A DNA stretch of 64,000 nucleotides from Dictyostelium discoideum (taxonomy: Eukaryota), in contig CM000150.2 of NCBI GenBank assembly GCA_000004695.1, positions 4,128,001 through 4,192,000 on the forward strand, read 5' to 3'. The first letter of the stretch is position 1; every line of letters starts with the position of its first letter. Under the pieces are notes generated by a model. That model saw nothing but the letters and a program-made list of their open reading frames with translations, had not been told where the DNA came from and made no database searches. The position numbers were made by a program, and so were the translations under genes. Shown in pieces: positions 18,301 to 30,984 of the stretch.

Positions 18301-19175
18301 TTACCTTCAAAACATCAGATTCTGGTTCTGGTATTTCATCAAGACACAATCCAAAAATCTATTTATCATCAGGTGAATTTGATCAAATTTCAAAGATTAG
18401 TACATTGGTATCCAATGTAAATGGTGTCGCTACTTATACCTGCACTATTGAATTACCATATGGTTATGGTTCATATAATGGAATTCTTGTTTCAATATAT
18501 GGTATTGTTGATAATAAATTAAATATTAATGGTTATTCATCAGTTGATCTCCAACAACTCGGTTTCCAAAATACAATTAAAGTTTTATATTCTGATGTAC
18601 CAGTACTTGATTACACAAGTTCAATTAAATCAACTGAATCATCATTGACTATCTATGGTCATAAATTTGGTATCGATAGAAGTAAAGTTACATTACAAGT
18701 TGATTATATGAAGGGTCAAGGTTGGAAGAATACAACAATCTCATTCTTTTCTGGTATTATTTTAATGACTGATAATATTACACCAACATCAACACCATTC
18801 TACGTTCGTGTTATTGTAGATGGTAAAATTTCAAATCAACTTTTAGTAGTTCCAATCATTGTTGGTGATAGTCCATGTAGTTATGAAGTTATTCAATCAA
18901 TAGTTGCTACTTGGATCGATAGTGAAAAATATCCATATCTTCAAGCATCTATCACTATTAAAAATACAGGTACAAGACCAATTAAAGCATTTAGTTTCAT
19001 TATTGAAAAAATTGCTTATGGTCAAATTTGGGGTGTTGATGCAAATGGTAATAATAGATACACTTTACCATCATATAATTTAATCATTAATCCTCGTGAT
19101 CAATATAGTTTCGGTTATATCATTCAAGGTACAACTGTTGCTGATCTCAAACAAGTCACTTATACTTGTCTTTAA
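15232..19175 (+). CDS. Family-2 secreted protein of about 1,137 aa, tandem copy 1. Exons are 15232..15292, 15559..16506, 16590..16922, 17019..17342 and 17428..19175.
   Basis: Exon 1 is a signal peptide, MKLISIIFSLFLIINLVFST. All donors are GTAAGT/GTAAGA/GTATGT and all acceptors AG, and the phases are consistent with the ORF-track frames at 15618, 16745, 17039 and 17430. The exon structure is identical to the paralog at 20273..24208. Product unknown: Cys-poor, Ser/Thr/Asn-rich, with many N-x-S/T sites. Confidence 0.75.
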
Positions 19176-19639
19176 AAATTTCAATTTAGTTTTGGAATAA
19201 TAAAAAAAAAAAACCCTTTTGGAGTGTAAAAATAAAAATAAAACATTCAAATTTGCCGTCAGTAAAAAAAAAGATTTAATTTTATTTATTTTAAAAATAA
19301 ATTTAGTATATATGAATAGAGTACTCAAAAATGAACAAAATGAATTCTTTAAATAAAATTAATTGTGTTTAATTATTTTTTATATTTTTTTATTTTTATA
19401 TAAAATATAAATATTTGTCTTTCATACTCTAGAGAATATTTATTTATTTATTTTTTTTTTTTCGAATAACGGCTAAAATTGGCATGGACAAATACCATCG
19501 CGGTATGAAAAAAAAAAAATAAAAAAAATAACAAAAAAAATTAAAAAATAAAAAGATGAAAAAATTATACGACCTATTCATCCTAATTAACTTAAAAACT
19601 CGTCATTCGGTGATTGCGATATCAAAAAAAAAAAAAAAA

Positions 19640-20130
19640 AAAAAAGTTAATAAATTAAAAATATGGCCCAAGAATTTTTTGGTGATTGGTTGAAAATGAA
19701 AAGACGGTATCGAAGATAACTAATGGAAAACTGATTGTCGATCTTGGTTTGAATATTCAAAAAATATTGAAAAAAAAAAAAAGTGGAAATAGTTTCGTGT
19801 AACCTATTATTTTCCCACCTCGAAATTTTTTAAAAATATTAAATTAAACATAAAAAACTTATTTTCATATTTTTTTTTTAATTAATTTTTTTCATTGGTG
19901 TTGTTTTAGAATCAAGATTCAAAAAAAAAAAAATAATAAAAATAAAAATAAAAATAATAATTTTAAATAGTTTGTGCTGACTGTTAACATAACAAGGGAT
20001 TTGACTCAGGTGTGTTGTGATTTGAAGAATGCTGAAATCAATATTTGCTGCATCTTATCAACAAAAACGAAATCATTTTCGTTTATTTTTTTTACAAATT
20101 ATAGAAAATTATAATTAAAATAATATTTTT
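19640..20130. promoter_or_regulatory. Conserved upstream non-coding module of family-2 gene copy 2.
   Basis: See 14600-15110. It contains TTTCGTTTATTTTTTTTACAAAT at about 20072. Confidence 0.5.
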
Positions 20131-20135
20131 TTACG

Positions 20136-20180
<45 letters not shown>

Positions 20181-20272
20181 GTATTTAAAAAAAAAAAAAA
20201 TAGTTTTTTTTTTGTAAAATAATAGTTAACAATAACCAAATTATAGTTATAATTTTTTATTTTAAAAAAAAT

Positions 20273-20490
20273 ATGAAATCAATTTCAATAATTTTTTCCT
20301 TATTTTTAATAATCAATTTGGTTTTTTCTGCTGGTAAGTTTTTTTTTTTTTTATTTTTAAAATAAATAAAAAATTATTTAGTTTCAAATTATTTTAATAT
20401 TAATGATTAATGAATCAATTAAAAAAATATTAATGGAATTAACTATTGTGAAATTACAAATTTGGTTTCACAATTATCATATTTTCATTC

Positions 20491-20522
<32 letters not shown>

Positions 20523-23500
20523 TTATTTTTCATTTTTTAAATAATTTAAAAATAATAATATTAATGTAAATTTTTTATTATTATTTTAAAGATCCAACAA
20601 TTGTTAGTTTTAGAAAGCCAGTTGAAAGAGTATATCCAGGTGAATATTGTTTGCCTTCTTTCACTGTATTGGTCAATTATCCAGATCCAATCCAATATAA
20701 TTATCAATTAGGTTTATTTGATAAGAGTGGAGGATATGGTAGCAACATACCATCTGCTGTAAATGGAACCTTATATCTTTTTACACTTACCCATAAAGTT
20801 CCAATTGGTAAAAATCAACCAGTTTCTTTGTATATTCAAGATTACTCAAAAAACCCATGGTTTACTTTTGATTTCAATAACTATACTACCTATGATTGCG
20901 ATCCACTTCCACCTGTTACTATGAAATCAAAACAAAATACTTGGATTAGATCAAGTGGCCAATATACCAATTTAGTTTGGTACCATATGGTTGAAGTTTC
21001 AGGTTTAGATAAATCAGCTCCATACGATGCTTTTACATGTAATGTTCCAGAACCATTTTATTGTGCATTCCAAGAGTTTCTTAATGGTCCAAAACCAATC
21101 AACTATTATTTCCAAATTGCAATTCGTAAAAGTGATGTAAATTTCACCCCATTCAATGTAACTATTACAGATAAACAAGGTAAAGTTTTACTTAATAGTC
21201 TTTTTGATGGTTTAAGTGCACCAGCAAACCCACCTGTTTCAATTAGATCCTTAGAAAATTATCCAATCAATGGTTCAACTGTTACTAAAAATGAAATGGT
21301 TAATGATGCAATGTATATTATGAATATCATAAACAAAAATGCTCTTTGTGGTATTTCATCACCAAAAGATTATTTTATTGGAAATACATTAATCCCAGTT
21401 TTAGGTACACCTTCAAATGCTACTTACATTGGTTTCTCATCTTTTTTATATCAAAATGGTCCAATTGAATCTCATGTTCAAATCATTGATAGTCAAGGTA
21501 CAAAAAGAATTGGTATTGATAATGTGCTTTTAATTAATCGTAAGTTTAAAAAATTATAATAATTATTTTAATCTTTTTATATAATCACACTAATTATATT
21601 TTAATTATTTTTATTATTAAACAGCAAAATCTTATGATAATGTCATTGAAAATGTTCAAAATGCAACCTATGTTAAAAGCTCTAATATTAATAAAACTTT
21701 AATTAATATTAAGGCTGATGTTTCATTTAATCCAAAAACTTCTCACACAAGTAGCTTTTTATCTTCTCAAAGAGAAACCGTCTTAGATTATCCATATGGT
21801 TATTCAAATGGTACAATTAAATACCATTCAGTTTCATTCTCAAAAACATCTCCAGAGTATTCCACTTCTTCAAATTCATATATGAGTATAAACTCTCCAT
21901 CTGATATCGGAAATGGTAATTCATCACTAATTGAAATTGCTACAAATTCAACTATAGGTAAGAATTAATATTATTATTTAAAAAAGATAAATTATTAAAT
22001 ATATTAATCATTCGATCATATTTATTATTATTATTATTATTCTTAAGATTCCAAAATACCACAACTTTTGAAAGTTGAAACTGTATTCCTTTCATATGAA
22101 AAAGTACTTGTCAGAATTTTTGCTAAAGATGTTGATTCTGGTATTTCATATTTGCATTCTACAAATTTGCATAAAATTTCCCCAGCCGATTTAGTATATG
22201 GTGATAATTTCAATGGTGTTTATGAAACTGTTGAAACATTAGCAACTATGTATGGTAATGAAAGACCAACCGTTTCAATCTATGATAATGCTGGTAATAA
22301 TATTCAATACAATAGTATGCAACCAACATTCGATACATCATTCAATATGATCCCTGAATACCCAGTTTACAGTATGTATTTTTAATATTAAAAAAAAAAA
22401 AAAAAAAAAAAAAACAAACAAAACATTAAATAAATTATTAATAAAATTACTTTATTATAGCAATGATTAAAAACCAAGCCAATTTAGACCCATACACTTT
22501 CACTGGTTTTGAATTTAAGTACAATGATGTTGATGTTTCAAATGGTCCATTCAATAATACTTTATGTATGAACTTTGCAGGTTCTAATAAAACAATGACT
22601 CCACGTTTCTTACAACTTCCTTTAGCATTAAATCCAGAAAAGGCATCATTAGATAACGCCACACCAGGCTCATGGGATGAAGTCAAAGGTATGTTTTGTA
22701 TGGATTTCCAAATTCCAGCAAGAATTTTCACTGGTGAATATACATATGCTGTTCTCATTCCACCATTCGTTTATGACTCTTACTATTTTGCTATCTCAGT
22801 TGGTAGTAAAGCTCAATTAAGAGTTAACTCAGGTTTTGCTGATCAAATGCCACCTATCATTACTGAATTCTCTTCATATCCATCAAATGCTGTTAATGTC
22901 ACTCAAGATACTGTTGTCGGTTGGAATATTAGAATTGAAGATTCTCCAAATGGTTTAGCAAGTGGTGAATTTAATATCACAAGTGATTTCGATTTAGAAC
23001 CATATAGAATTAAGATTACTCCAGCCAATGCTGTATCTGGTGATATTTTCAGTTCTACATATCAATTAAGAATTCCAATTAAAGCAAACACTTGTAGATC
23101 TCAATCATTTAGAATTTCATCAGCATCAATTACTGATACAATGGGTCATACTTCAGTTTTACCATCTTCTGGAAATGTTAATCCATTATATAAATTCTTA
23201 GAATCACCACACTTGGTTTTAAATATTACTTGTCCACAAGCTATCATCGATAATACCCCACCATCTTTAATTAGTTTCTCAACTGTTAGTTCAATCGAAG
23301 TTGGTGCTTATAAAGATTTTAGAAATGTTACATTTACCTTCAAAACATCAGATTCTGGTTCTGGTATTTCATCAAGACACAATCCAAAAATCTATTTATC
23401 ATCAGGTGAATTTGATCAAATTTCAAAGATTAGTACATTGGTATCCAATGTAAATGGTGTCGCTACTTATACCTGCACTATTGAATTACCATATGGTTAT

Positions 23501-24208
23501 GGTTCATATAATGGAATTCTTGTTTCAATATATGGTATTGTTGATAATAAATTAAATATTAATGGTTATTCATCAGTTGATCTCCAACAACTCGGTTTCC
23601 AAAATACAATTAAAGTTTTATATTCTGATGTACCAGTACTTGATTACACAAGTTCAATCAAATCAACTGAATCATCATTGACTATCTATGGTCATAAATT
23701 TGGTATCGATAGAAGTAAAGTTACATTACAAGTTGATTATCAGAATGGTCAAGGTTGGAAGAATACAACAATCTCATTCTTTTCTGGTATTATTTTAATG
23801 ACTGATAATATTACACCAACATCAACACCATTCTATGTTCGTGTAATCGTAGACGGTAAAATTTCAAATCAACTTTTAGTAGTTCCAATCGTTGTTGGTG
23901 ATAGTCCATGTAGTTATGAAGTTATTCAATCAATAGTTGCTACTTGGATCGATAGTGAAAAATATCCATATCTTCAAGCATCTATCACTATTAAAAATAC
24001 AGGTACAAGACCAATTAAAGCATTTAGTTTCATTATTGAAAAAATTGCTTATGGTCAAATTTGGGGTGTTGATGCAAATGGTAATAATAGATACACTTTA
24101 CCATCATATAATTTAATCATTAATCCTCGTGATCAGTATAGTTTTGGTTATATCATTCAAGGTACAACTGTTGCTGATCTCAAACAAGTCACTTATACTT
24201 GTCTTTAA
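20273..24208 (+). CDS. Family-2 secreted protein, tandem copy 2. Exons are 20273..20333, 20592..21539, 21625..21957, 22048..22371 and 22461..24208.
   Basis: The splice positions and phases match copy 1. The last-exon product (581 aa) differs from copy 1 at only about 4 residues (FSLALNP/LPLALNP, YMKGQGW/YQNGQGW, IIVGDS/IVVGDS). The exon-2 products are only about 90% identical. Confidence 0.75.
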
Positions 24209-24837
24209 AAATTTCAATTTAGTTTTGGAATAATAAAAAAATAAAAAAAAAATGAAAAAAAAAAATAAAAATAAAATAAAAATAAAAATAAAAAAAATAT
24301 AAAAATAAAAATAACACCATAATTATTTTTTTATATATCATTTTGTGTAATTTCGAGAGCTCTATTTTTATATTAAAAAAAATATATAAACATTCTTTTT
24401 TTTTTCATTATGCAAAAACAACAAAGTGTTATTATTACAAAAAATTTATAAAATTTTTTTTTTATTAAATTTTATATTTATTTTTATTTTTTTTTTCATA
24501 ATTATCAAATGTAGATATTTTTTTTTTAAAGTTAATAGTAATAATGGATAATGAAAAAAATGGAAATATCTTTTTCACAAACATTATCTCACATTTTCAA
24601 AAGAAAATTACCAAATCTTTTCAAAAAAAAAAAAAAAAAAAAAAAAATTAATGACATCGCATGATTTTTTTATTTATTGAAAAAAAAGAAGATATTTTCA
24701 TCGGGAATAATCAAAAACTTTTTTTTAAAAAAAAAATTTATTTTTAGTTTTATTTTTTTTTTTCTACACACCATTTTTTTTTTTTTTTAATAATTTTTTT
24801 TTTTTTTTTTTTATTTAATAATTTTTTTTTATAAACA

Positions 24838-27800
24838 ATGAAATTAAAAAGTATTGGATTTGGTCAATTAAATTTATTTGATGATCATCTCTGTAATGGT
24901 AACAATGTGACAACAACAGAAATTAATAAATGTGATAACTCTGAACATTCTGGTCAATCATCACTCAAAGTAGTTGAAAATTTTTTTAATCACCATGATT
25001 TTTCAGCATTTCTTTCTTTCAATTCATTTCATCATCATCACCATCATGGAATGAAGTCAGACAATACATTTTGTACAAATTTAAGTAAATTGAAATCAGA
25101 ATTTATATCAAGTATTTTACCACCAAATGAAATTAATAAATCATCAAGTAATATATCAACAGCACCAGCAACAAATACAATTGTTGAAGCCACTGAAATT
25201 AAATTGAATGATGAAATTATTAAAAAGAATGAATCACTTTCAACTCTTTTAATTTATTTTTTATCAGATATATTAATTCATCAACCTTTTGATTCATTAT
25301 CACAAATAAATAAATCTTTAAAAAAATTCTTTAATATTTCTGATAAATTATTAAAAACTTTATTTAAAAAATCATTATCTTTAACCAAAGTAAGTAAAAT
25401 AATGGTTTTATTAAAAAAAAAAAAAAAAAAAAAAATTAATATGTATATATATTAATAATAATTTTACTTTAGTATTATTTATTAGAAATTAATAAATATA
25501 AAGAATATTATTCAAAATTACAAGATTTTGAAAGTGAAGAATTTAGAGGTGATAAGATTTTAATGGAAAAGATTAGAGTTTTTAATTTAAAAAGAATTGA
25601 AGAAATTGAAAAAAAGAATCAAAATATTAAATATTTAAACTTTTTAAACACAGTGATGGTAAAAGTTTATAGTGCAAAAGGATTAGAGATTAAAGATTTA
25701 ATTTCATCAGATCCTTATGTAAATTTATTTTTTACAGATTCACAAGATGAAAAACCACATCATAGGGAATCATTAAATACAATTTATTTAAATGATGAAA
25801 AACAAAAACATCATCATCATAGTAGTTTTAAAACCACAGTTAAAAAGGGTACATTAACACCAGTATGGAATGAACAATTTATAATGTCAACTGATAAACC
25901 AGATCAAAATATTTTAATTGCTTCCATTTATGATTTCGATCAAGTTAGTAAATCAGATTTTATGGGATTCTTACCAATTCATTTAGAACATGAACATGAG
26001 CATGAACATGATGAAAATAAATCAATTCATAATCATCATCATGATAATGATGATGAACATGGTAATGGTAATGAACATGGTCATCATGAATATATGAATC
26101 ATATTAATCCAATCGTTGAAAATATTCAAGAATATGAATTACTATCAAAACCAAAAGGACATTTAACAAAGTTTAAATCTTTATTAGGAATTACAAGTAG
26201 TCCAGATATAAAGAATGATAATGAAATTAGAAAGTATGGTTCAATTAAATTGGGTTTAATTCATTTAAAGAGAGAGATTTTAAAAGTTGAAGAAATTAAT
26301 GTAAACAATCAAAATTTACCTTCAAAACAAATTGATATCCAAATGAATCAAAATCATGAAAATTCAATTAAATCATTAATTGAATTTTCAATTAATAGTC
26401 AAGATGAAATTAATTTACCAAAAGAAATTGAAAAACTATTAGAATCATTTTCATCAAGAGTATTATTATCACCATTAATTATTCCATTGGTAAAGATTGA
26501 AAAATTGATTGAAAATTTTCAAATTTCAACATCAGCTATGGATGAAATTAATAGATTATTATTGGAATCAATTGAATTGGTAACAGTTAAAAAGATTCCA
26601 TTATCAAAACCAATTGAAGAAAGATTTTTAATAATGTTAAAATCTATAAAGAAATTATATAAAGGTATTTTAAAAAGATATCCATTATCTTTCCCAATTA
26701 CAATTAATCAAGAAACAAAATTAGCTGAAAATATTGGATCAAGTGGTACATTATTAACATTGGCAATTGAAACATTGGAGATAATTTATAATTATCAATC
26801 AAAACAATGTAAACTAAAGAAAATTGTAGAGAATTACATTGAATTTTGTTGGAGTTGTATAAAAGAAAAATCACTAATTTCAATTGAAGGTTCAAAAGAT
26901 TTTGAAAATATAGTTGGTTTATTAGATATCTATGATGCAATTGAATTACAATTATTATTGGATATTGAAATGTATTCACAATTTTTCCCAGCCCATTTCG
27001 ATTTGGCTACAATCTCTTCAAAAAGTTATTACAAACTATTGAAAGAAGAAACTGAAAGATTATTAGCAAAAGAGGATAAAGTTTGTATGGAAACATTTAA
27101 TCTTTTGAAAAAGATTCAAAAAATTGAAAAAACAATTATTAAACCATATGAAAAAGAAATTGAATCAATGATGAATTTAAATCAATTATTTAAAAGATTT
27201 ATTAAAATGTGGATTAAAGAAATTAAGAAGCAATTTAATCTTTGGATTGGTCGTAGTCTTGAAAAAGAAGAATGGAAATCAATTGATAGTAAGAATAATC
27301 AATTACATTCAAATTCATTGGTTGATTTATTTACAATCTTTGAAATTGGTAAAAATCATTTACTTGGTTTAGATTTAGAAATTGATCAATTCCTTTTTGA
27401 ATTGATTGATATTGTTAATCAATTATATAATCAATATTTAGATATAGTTTTAAATTCAATTTTATCAGATTTAAAAAGAGATAATTCAACAATACCATTA
27501 TTTATTGATGAAGTTAATGATAATTATATTTCAAGTTTATCAAAATTCATTTCAAAAATTAAATTATCAAACCTTGATCAACAATCTTCAACAACTACTA
27601 CCACTACAACAAATGGAAATACTATTTCAAATATTCAAATTACAAATTCAATAATTTGTATTAAATTAAATTGTTTAGAATTTTCAAGACAATTATTATT
27701 TGATTTTTCAAGTGATTTAGAATTAAAATTACCAAATTTAAAAGAAAAAATTCAAGATTCATTTGGTATTTCATTTTTAAATTCAAAAAAGAAATATGAT

Positions 27801-29306
27801 TATATAATTGATTTAGTAATTAATAATATTAGTAAATGGATTAAAGTTTTATTAGTTCAAATTTTAGATAATTCAAAGAATAATCATGATGATCAGATTT
27901 GTAAACTATCAAAAGATCAAATACCAAATCTAATAAATGAAAATAAAGTAAATGAATTATTAGATTCATTAACTATACTATTAAATAATGAATTGACAAT
28001 TCTTAGTGGTAATCTTTATTATCCAACTTTTAGTAGATTCATTAGAGGTGTTTGGCAATCAATTTGGAAAGAGTTTGATAGAATCTTATTCCCAGAATTT
28101 AAATTACAATCAGAGAAATTAGAAACTACTTTCTATAAATCTTTAGTTATATTATCAATTTATCCAACATTGGAAGAGTTTTTCAATGCAGATGGTAGTG
28201 GTATTTCAATTGAACAATTAAGAAATCATTCAGAGTATTTACTTTCAACTATTTCAGTTTATCTTTCAAATCCTTCAAATTTATTACAAGTTTATAATAG
28301 TATTAGCTCTTTTATTGGAGAGTCTAAACCATCATCATCGTCATCACCAATAGATTATTCTTTTATAAATTCAAAATTATTTTCAATTAATCAATTTGAA
28401 CAATTTAAATCATTTAACTTTAATAAAAATAATTATGTTAAAGAGTTACATGTTTTATGTTCAATTTCATCCTATTGTAATAGTGGTAGTTCAATTGTTA
28501 CCAATGGTTTAATTACACCAGAATTAGATTCTTCTTTTAAAAAGATAATTTCAACACTTGGCTCCTTTAAGAATCGTTTCGTTTTAGATAAATTTTCTTT
28601 GGATTCATCAGTATCAATTTATCAAAATGATTTCAAATGTAAAACTTTAAATGGTATTCCTTCAAATGCTTATATTTTAAATGATTGTTTATGTTGGTCA
28701 AGTTGGTTATGTTATAATGAAACTAAAGTTATCCTAAAATATTCATCATTTAAATCAATTACAAGACAACAACATGAGTCTAATGATGTTTTATTTATAA
28801 TTACAATGGATGATGATAAAACTTATGAAATTTGCTCTATAACTTCTCAAGATTCAATCTTTAAATCTTTAATTTTAAATTCTAAAAAATTAAATCAATC
28901 AGTATGTATTAATTTTTTTTTTTTTTTTTTTTATTATTAATTTACTTTTTCTAATTTTTTTTTTTTTTTTTTTTCCTTTTTTTTTTTTTTTTTTTTATTA
29001 TCAATTTACTTTTAGATTGAAATAATTGATCATATTAAATCAAAGGTTGAACTACATACAAGTGATAATAGTAATTTCATTGTAAAAGAAAGTACATCAA
29101 CTGTTGTTAATAAAGAGGGTAAAATCATTGACATTAAACCAGAACATGAATCTCATATCTCATATGATGATAGTATTGAGTATCATACATTATTCCATTT
29201 AGATAAAGACAATATAATCTATCAAGTTTATCCTTGTTTCACTGGTAAATTAATTACAACCAGAGATTACTTTTGCCACCATAATAATTTAACAAAAGCA
29301 AATGTA

Positions 29307-29376
<70 letters not shown>

Positions 29377-29634
29377 CTCAACACTAACTTTTTAATAAAA
29401 AAATAGAAACATTACCTTTGGTCTGAAATTGTTCAAGTTAAAAAAGAAAAAGTATTATTCTTTGATACTGGTTTGAAAGTTACTTTTAAAAATGGTGTAA
29501 ATGAATCATACTCTGGTATAAATGATAGAGACTTACTCTACAATGAATTGGTTGAATTAAAAGATTTAAATAAATCAAACTCCTCTCCATTACCAGCCAC
29601 AAAAAAGTTTGTAGAAGCCGATTAAAAATTTAAA
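24838..29634 (+). CDS. Large C2-domain protein of about 1,500 aa with a long alpha-helical C-terminal region. A Munc13/CAPS-like membrane-trafficking factor is possible. Exons are 24838..25389, 25473..28901, 29016..29303 and 29407..29634.
   Basis: C2 signature: VMVKVYSAKGLEIKDLISSDPYVNLFF...TTVKKGTLTPVWNEQFIMS...ILIASIYDFDQVSKSDFMGF, with a His/Glu-rich insert. Donors are AAA|GTAAGT, TCA|GTATGT and AAT|GTAAGT, all phase 0. The third intron is essentially a 68-nt poly(T). Assignment of the first exon is tentative. The MUN/MHD assignment is a guess based on size and architecture only. Confidence 0.6.
29309..29376. repeat. 68-nt poly(T) homopolymer that makes up most of intron 3 of the C2-protein gene.
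   Basis: Read directly. Confidence 0.9.
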
Positions 29635-29843
29635 TAAAATTTATCTCCACTCTCAAATAATATATTTGTATTTTCTTTTTTTTTTTTTTGGCATCCTTCA
29701 AAAATTCAAAAATAGATAAAGACATCTTCCTTTTTTTTTTTTTTACCTGTGATCAGACCTTCAAGGAATGTCCTTGTGTCTTTTCGGCGGTGTTTGTTAA
29801 ACAGTTTTATTTTTATTATTCAATTGTATTAAATTTTTTAAAC

Positions 29844-29852
<9 letters not shown>

Positions 29853-29914
<62 letters not shown>

Positions 29915-30830
29915 ACTACTTAAATTGGAAGAGGGTTCGGAGCTGCTGGGGTTTGCCAGGCTTTGTTGAATTTGTATTTGTGAAGATCTTGATAGGTGTT
30001 TTTTAGTATTGCTTCGTCGTGTTTGATTTTCTTTAGTGTGATGAATTTTTCAGTTTCGATGAGATTTAGTAATTCTGTTTCTATGACCTTTTGCTCGAAT
30101 TTTGGCTCTGGTTTGCTTTCATCAGTGTTGAACAATTTGTGACAGATTATCTTCCATAATTGGTGTGCTATTATTCCTATGAGGTTGGGGAAGATTCTCT
30201 CAGTTCTGTTGTATTTTGATATGTCTAAGGTATCCATTGACCATCTGTGGATTTTGATGAATGATAATTTGTTAACTGTTGATATGATGGTTTTTTCAAT
30301 ATCTAGGATATCTTGGCATAGAGTGAAGAGGTGAGAATAAGGGTCTCTGAATAGGTGGCCACAGATCTTGCATCTGGTATCTCTTTCGTGGTTGATACCT
30401 GGAAGTGATCTTGAGAAGAATCTGAAGAGGGTGTTTCTACCTTTTTGGTGAGAAATGCTGTTGATGTTTATGAATACTTTGGGTATTGCTGTGTTGTATC
30501 TCACCGCCCATAACTTCTGCCATTCTGTTCTTCTTGGTGTTGGGTGTCTGTCTTTGATCATGAGTTCGTAGATTTCTTTCAGTTTTAGTGGTTCGTCATT
30601 GTCGTTTCTTATACAGTCTGGAAGTTCATTTATCTTTGGATGGTTTTGGTAAAATTTGACTCTGAATACACCCCAGTGTCTGCACATATCGTTGAGGGTT
30701 GAAGTGTGGGCTTTTTTCTACTTAATTGCTCCATGTACCATTCTTGTAAAGTATTGTTGTTGTTGTTGTTGTTGTTATGGAGTAGCCTATAAAGACATCT
30801 TCCCATTTTTTTCAAATGTTTTCAAGGAAT
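29853..30830 (-). mobile_element. 5'-truncated non-LTR retrotransposon 3' end on the minus strand, TRE3-like by position. It holds a degenerate ORF2 C-terminus (ORFs 30815..30630 and 30687..29920, frameshifted) and a 58-nt poly(A) tail at 29910..29853.
   Basis: ORF 29920-30687 encodes a C-terminal Cys/His box (..RCKICGHLFRDPYSHLFTLCQ..) typical of the LINE ORF2 3' domain. A poly(A) tract lies immediately 3' on the same strand. The element sits on the 3' side of tRNA-Lys, just beyond its ex-B box, which is where TRE3 elements are known to integrate. Confidence 0.6.
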
Positions 30831-30836
30831 CGAACC
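30826..30836 (-). promoter_or_regulatory. Extra B-box (ex-B, GGTTCGATTCC on the minus strand), 34 bp downstream of tRNA-Lys.
   Basis: B-box consensus GGTTCGANTCC read on the tRNA strand. Downstream ex-B boxes are a known feature of Dictyostelium tRNA genes. Confidence 0.6.
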
Positions 30837-30869
30837 TGTGATTTAATTGTGGAAAAATTAAAAAAATTT

Positions 30870-30942
30870 CGCCCAAAGGGGGGCTCGAACCCCCGACCAC
30901 AAGGTTAAAAGCCTTGCGCTCTACCGACTGAGCTATCTGGGC
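30870..30942 (-). tRNA. tRNA-Lys (anticodon UUU), 73 nt.
   Basis: Minus-strand sequence: GCCCAGATAGCTCAGTCGGTAGAGCGCAAGGCTTTTAACCTTGTGGTCGGGGGTTCGAGCCCCCCTTTGGGCG. I folded it by hand. Acceptor 7 bp with one G-U, D-stem GCTC/GAGC, anticodon stem CAAGG/CCTTG, loop CTTTTAA, T-stem GGGGG/CCCCC, TTCGAGC loop. Confidence 0.9.
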
Positions 30943-30984
30943 ATTTGTATATTTTTTTTTGAAACTATAGCAGTACTTGATCGT

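Noticed and set aside
29688-29969. Plus-strand ORF spanning the 58-nt poly(T).
   Set aside because: Its translation is dominated by poly-Phe from the retroelement's poly(A) tail read in antisense. It is not coding.
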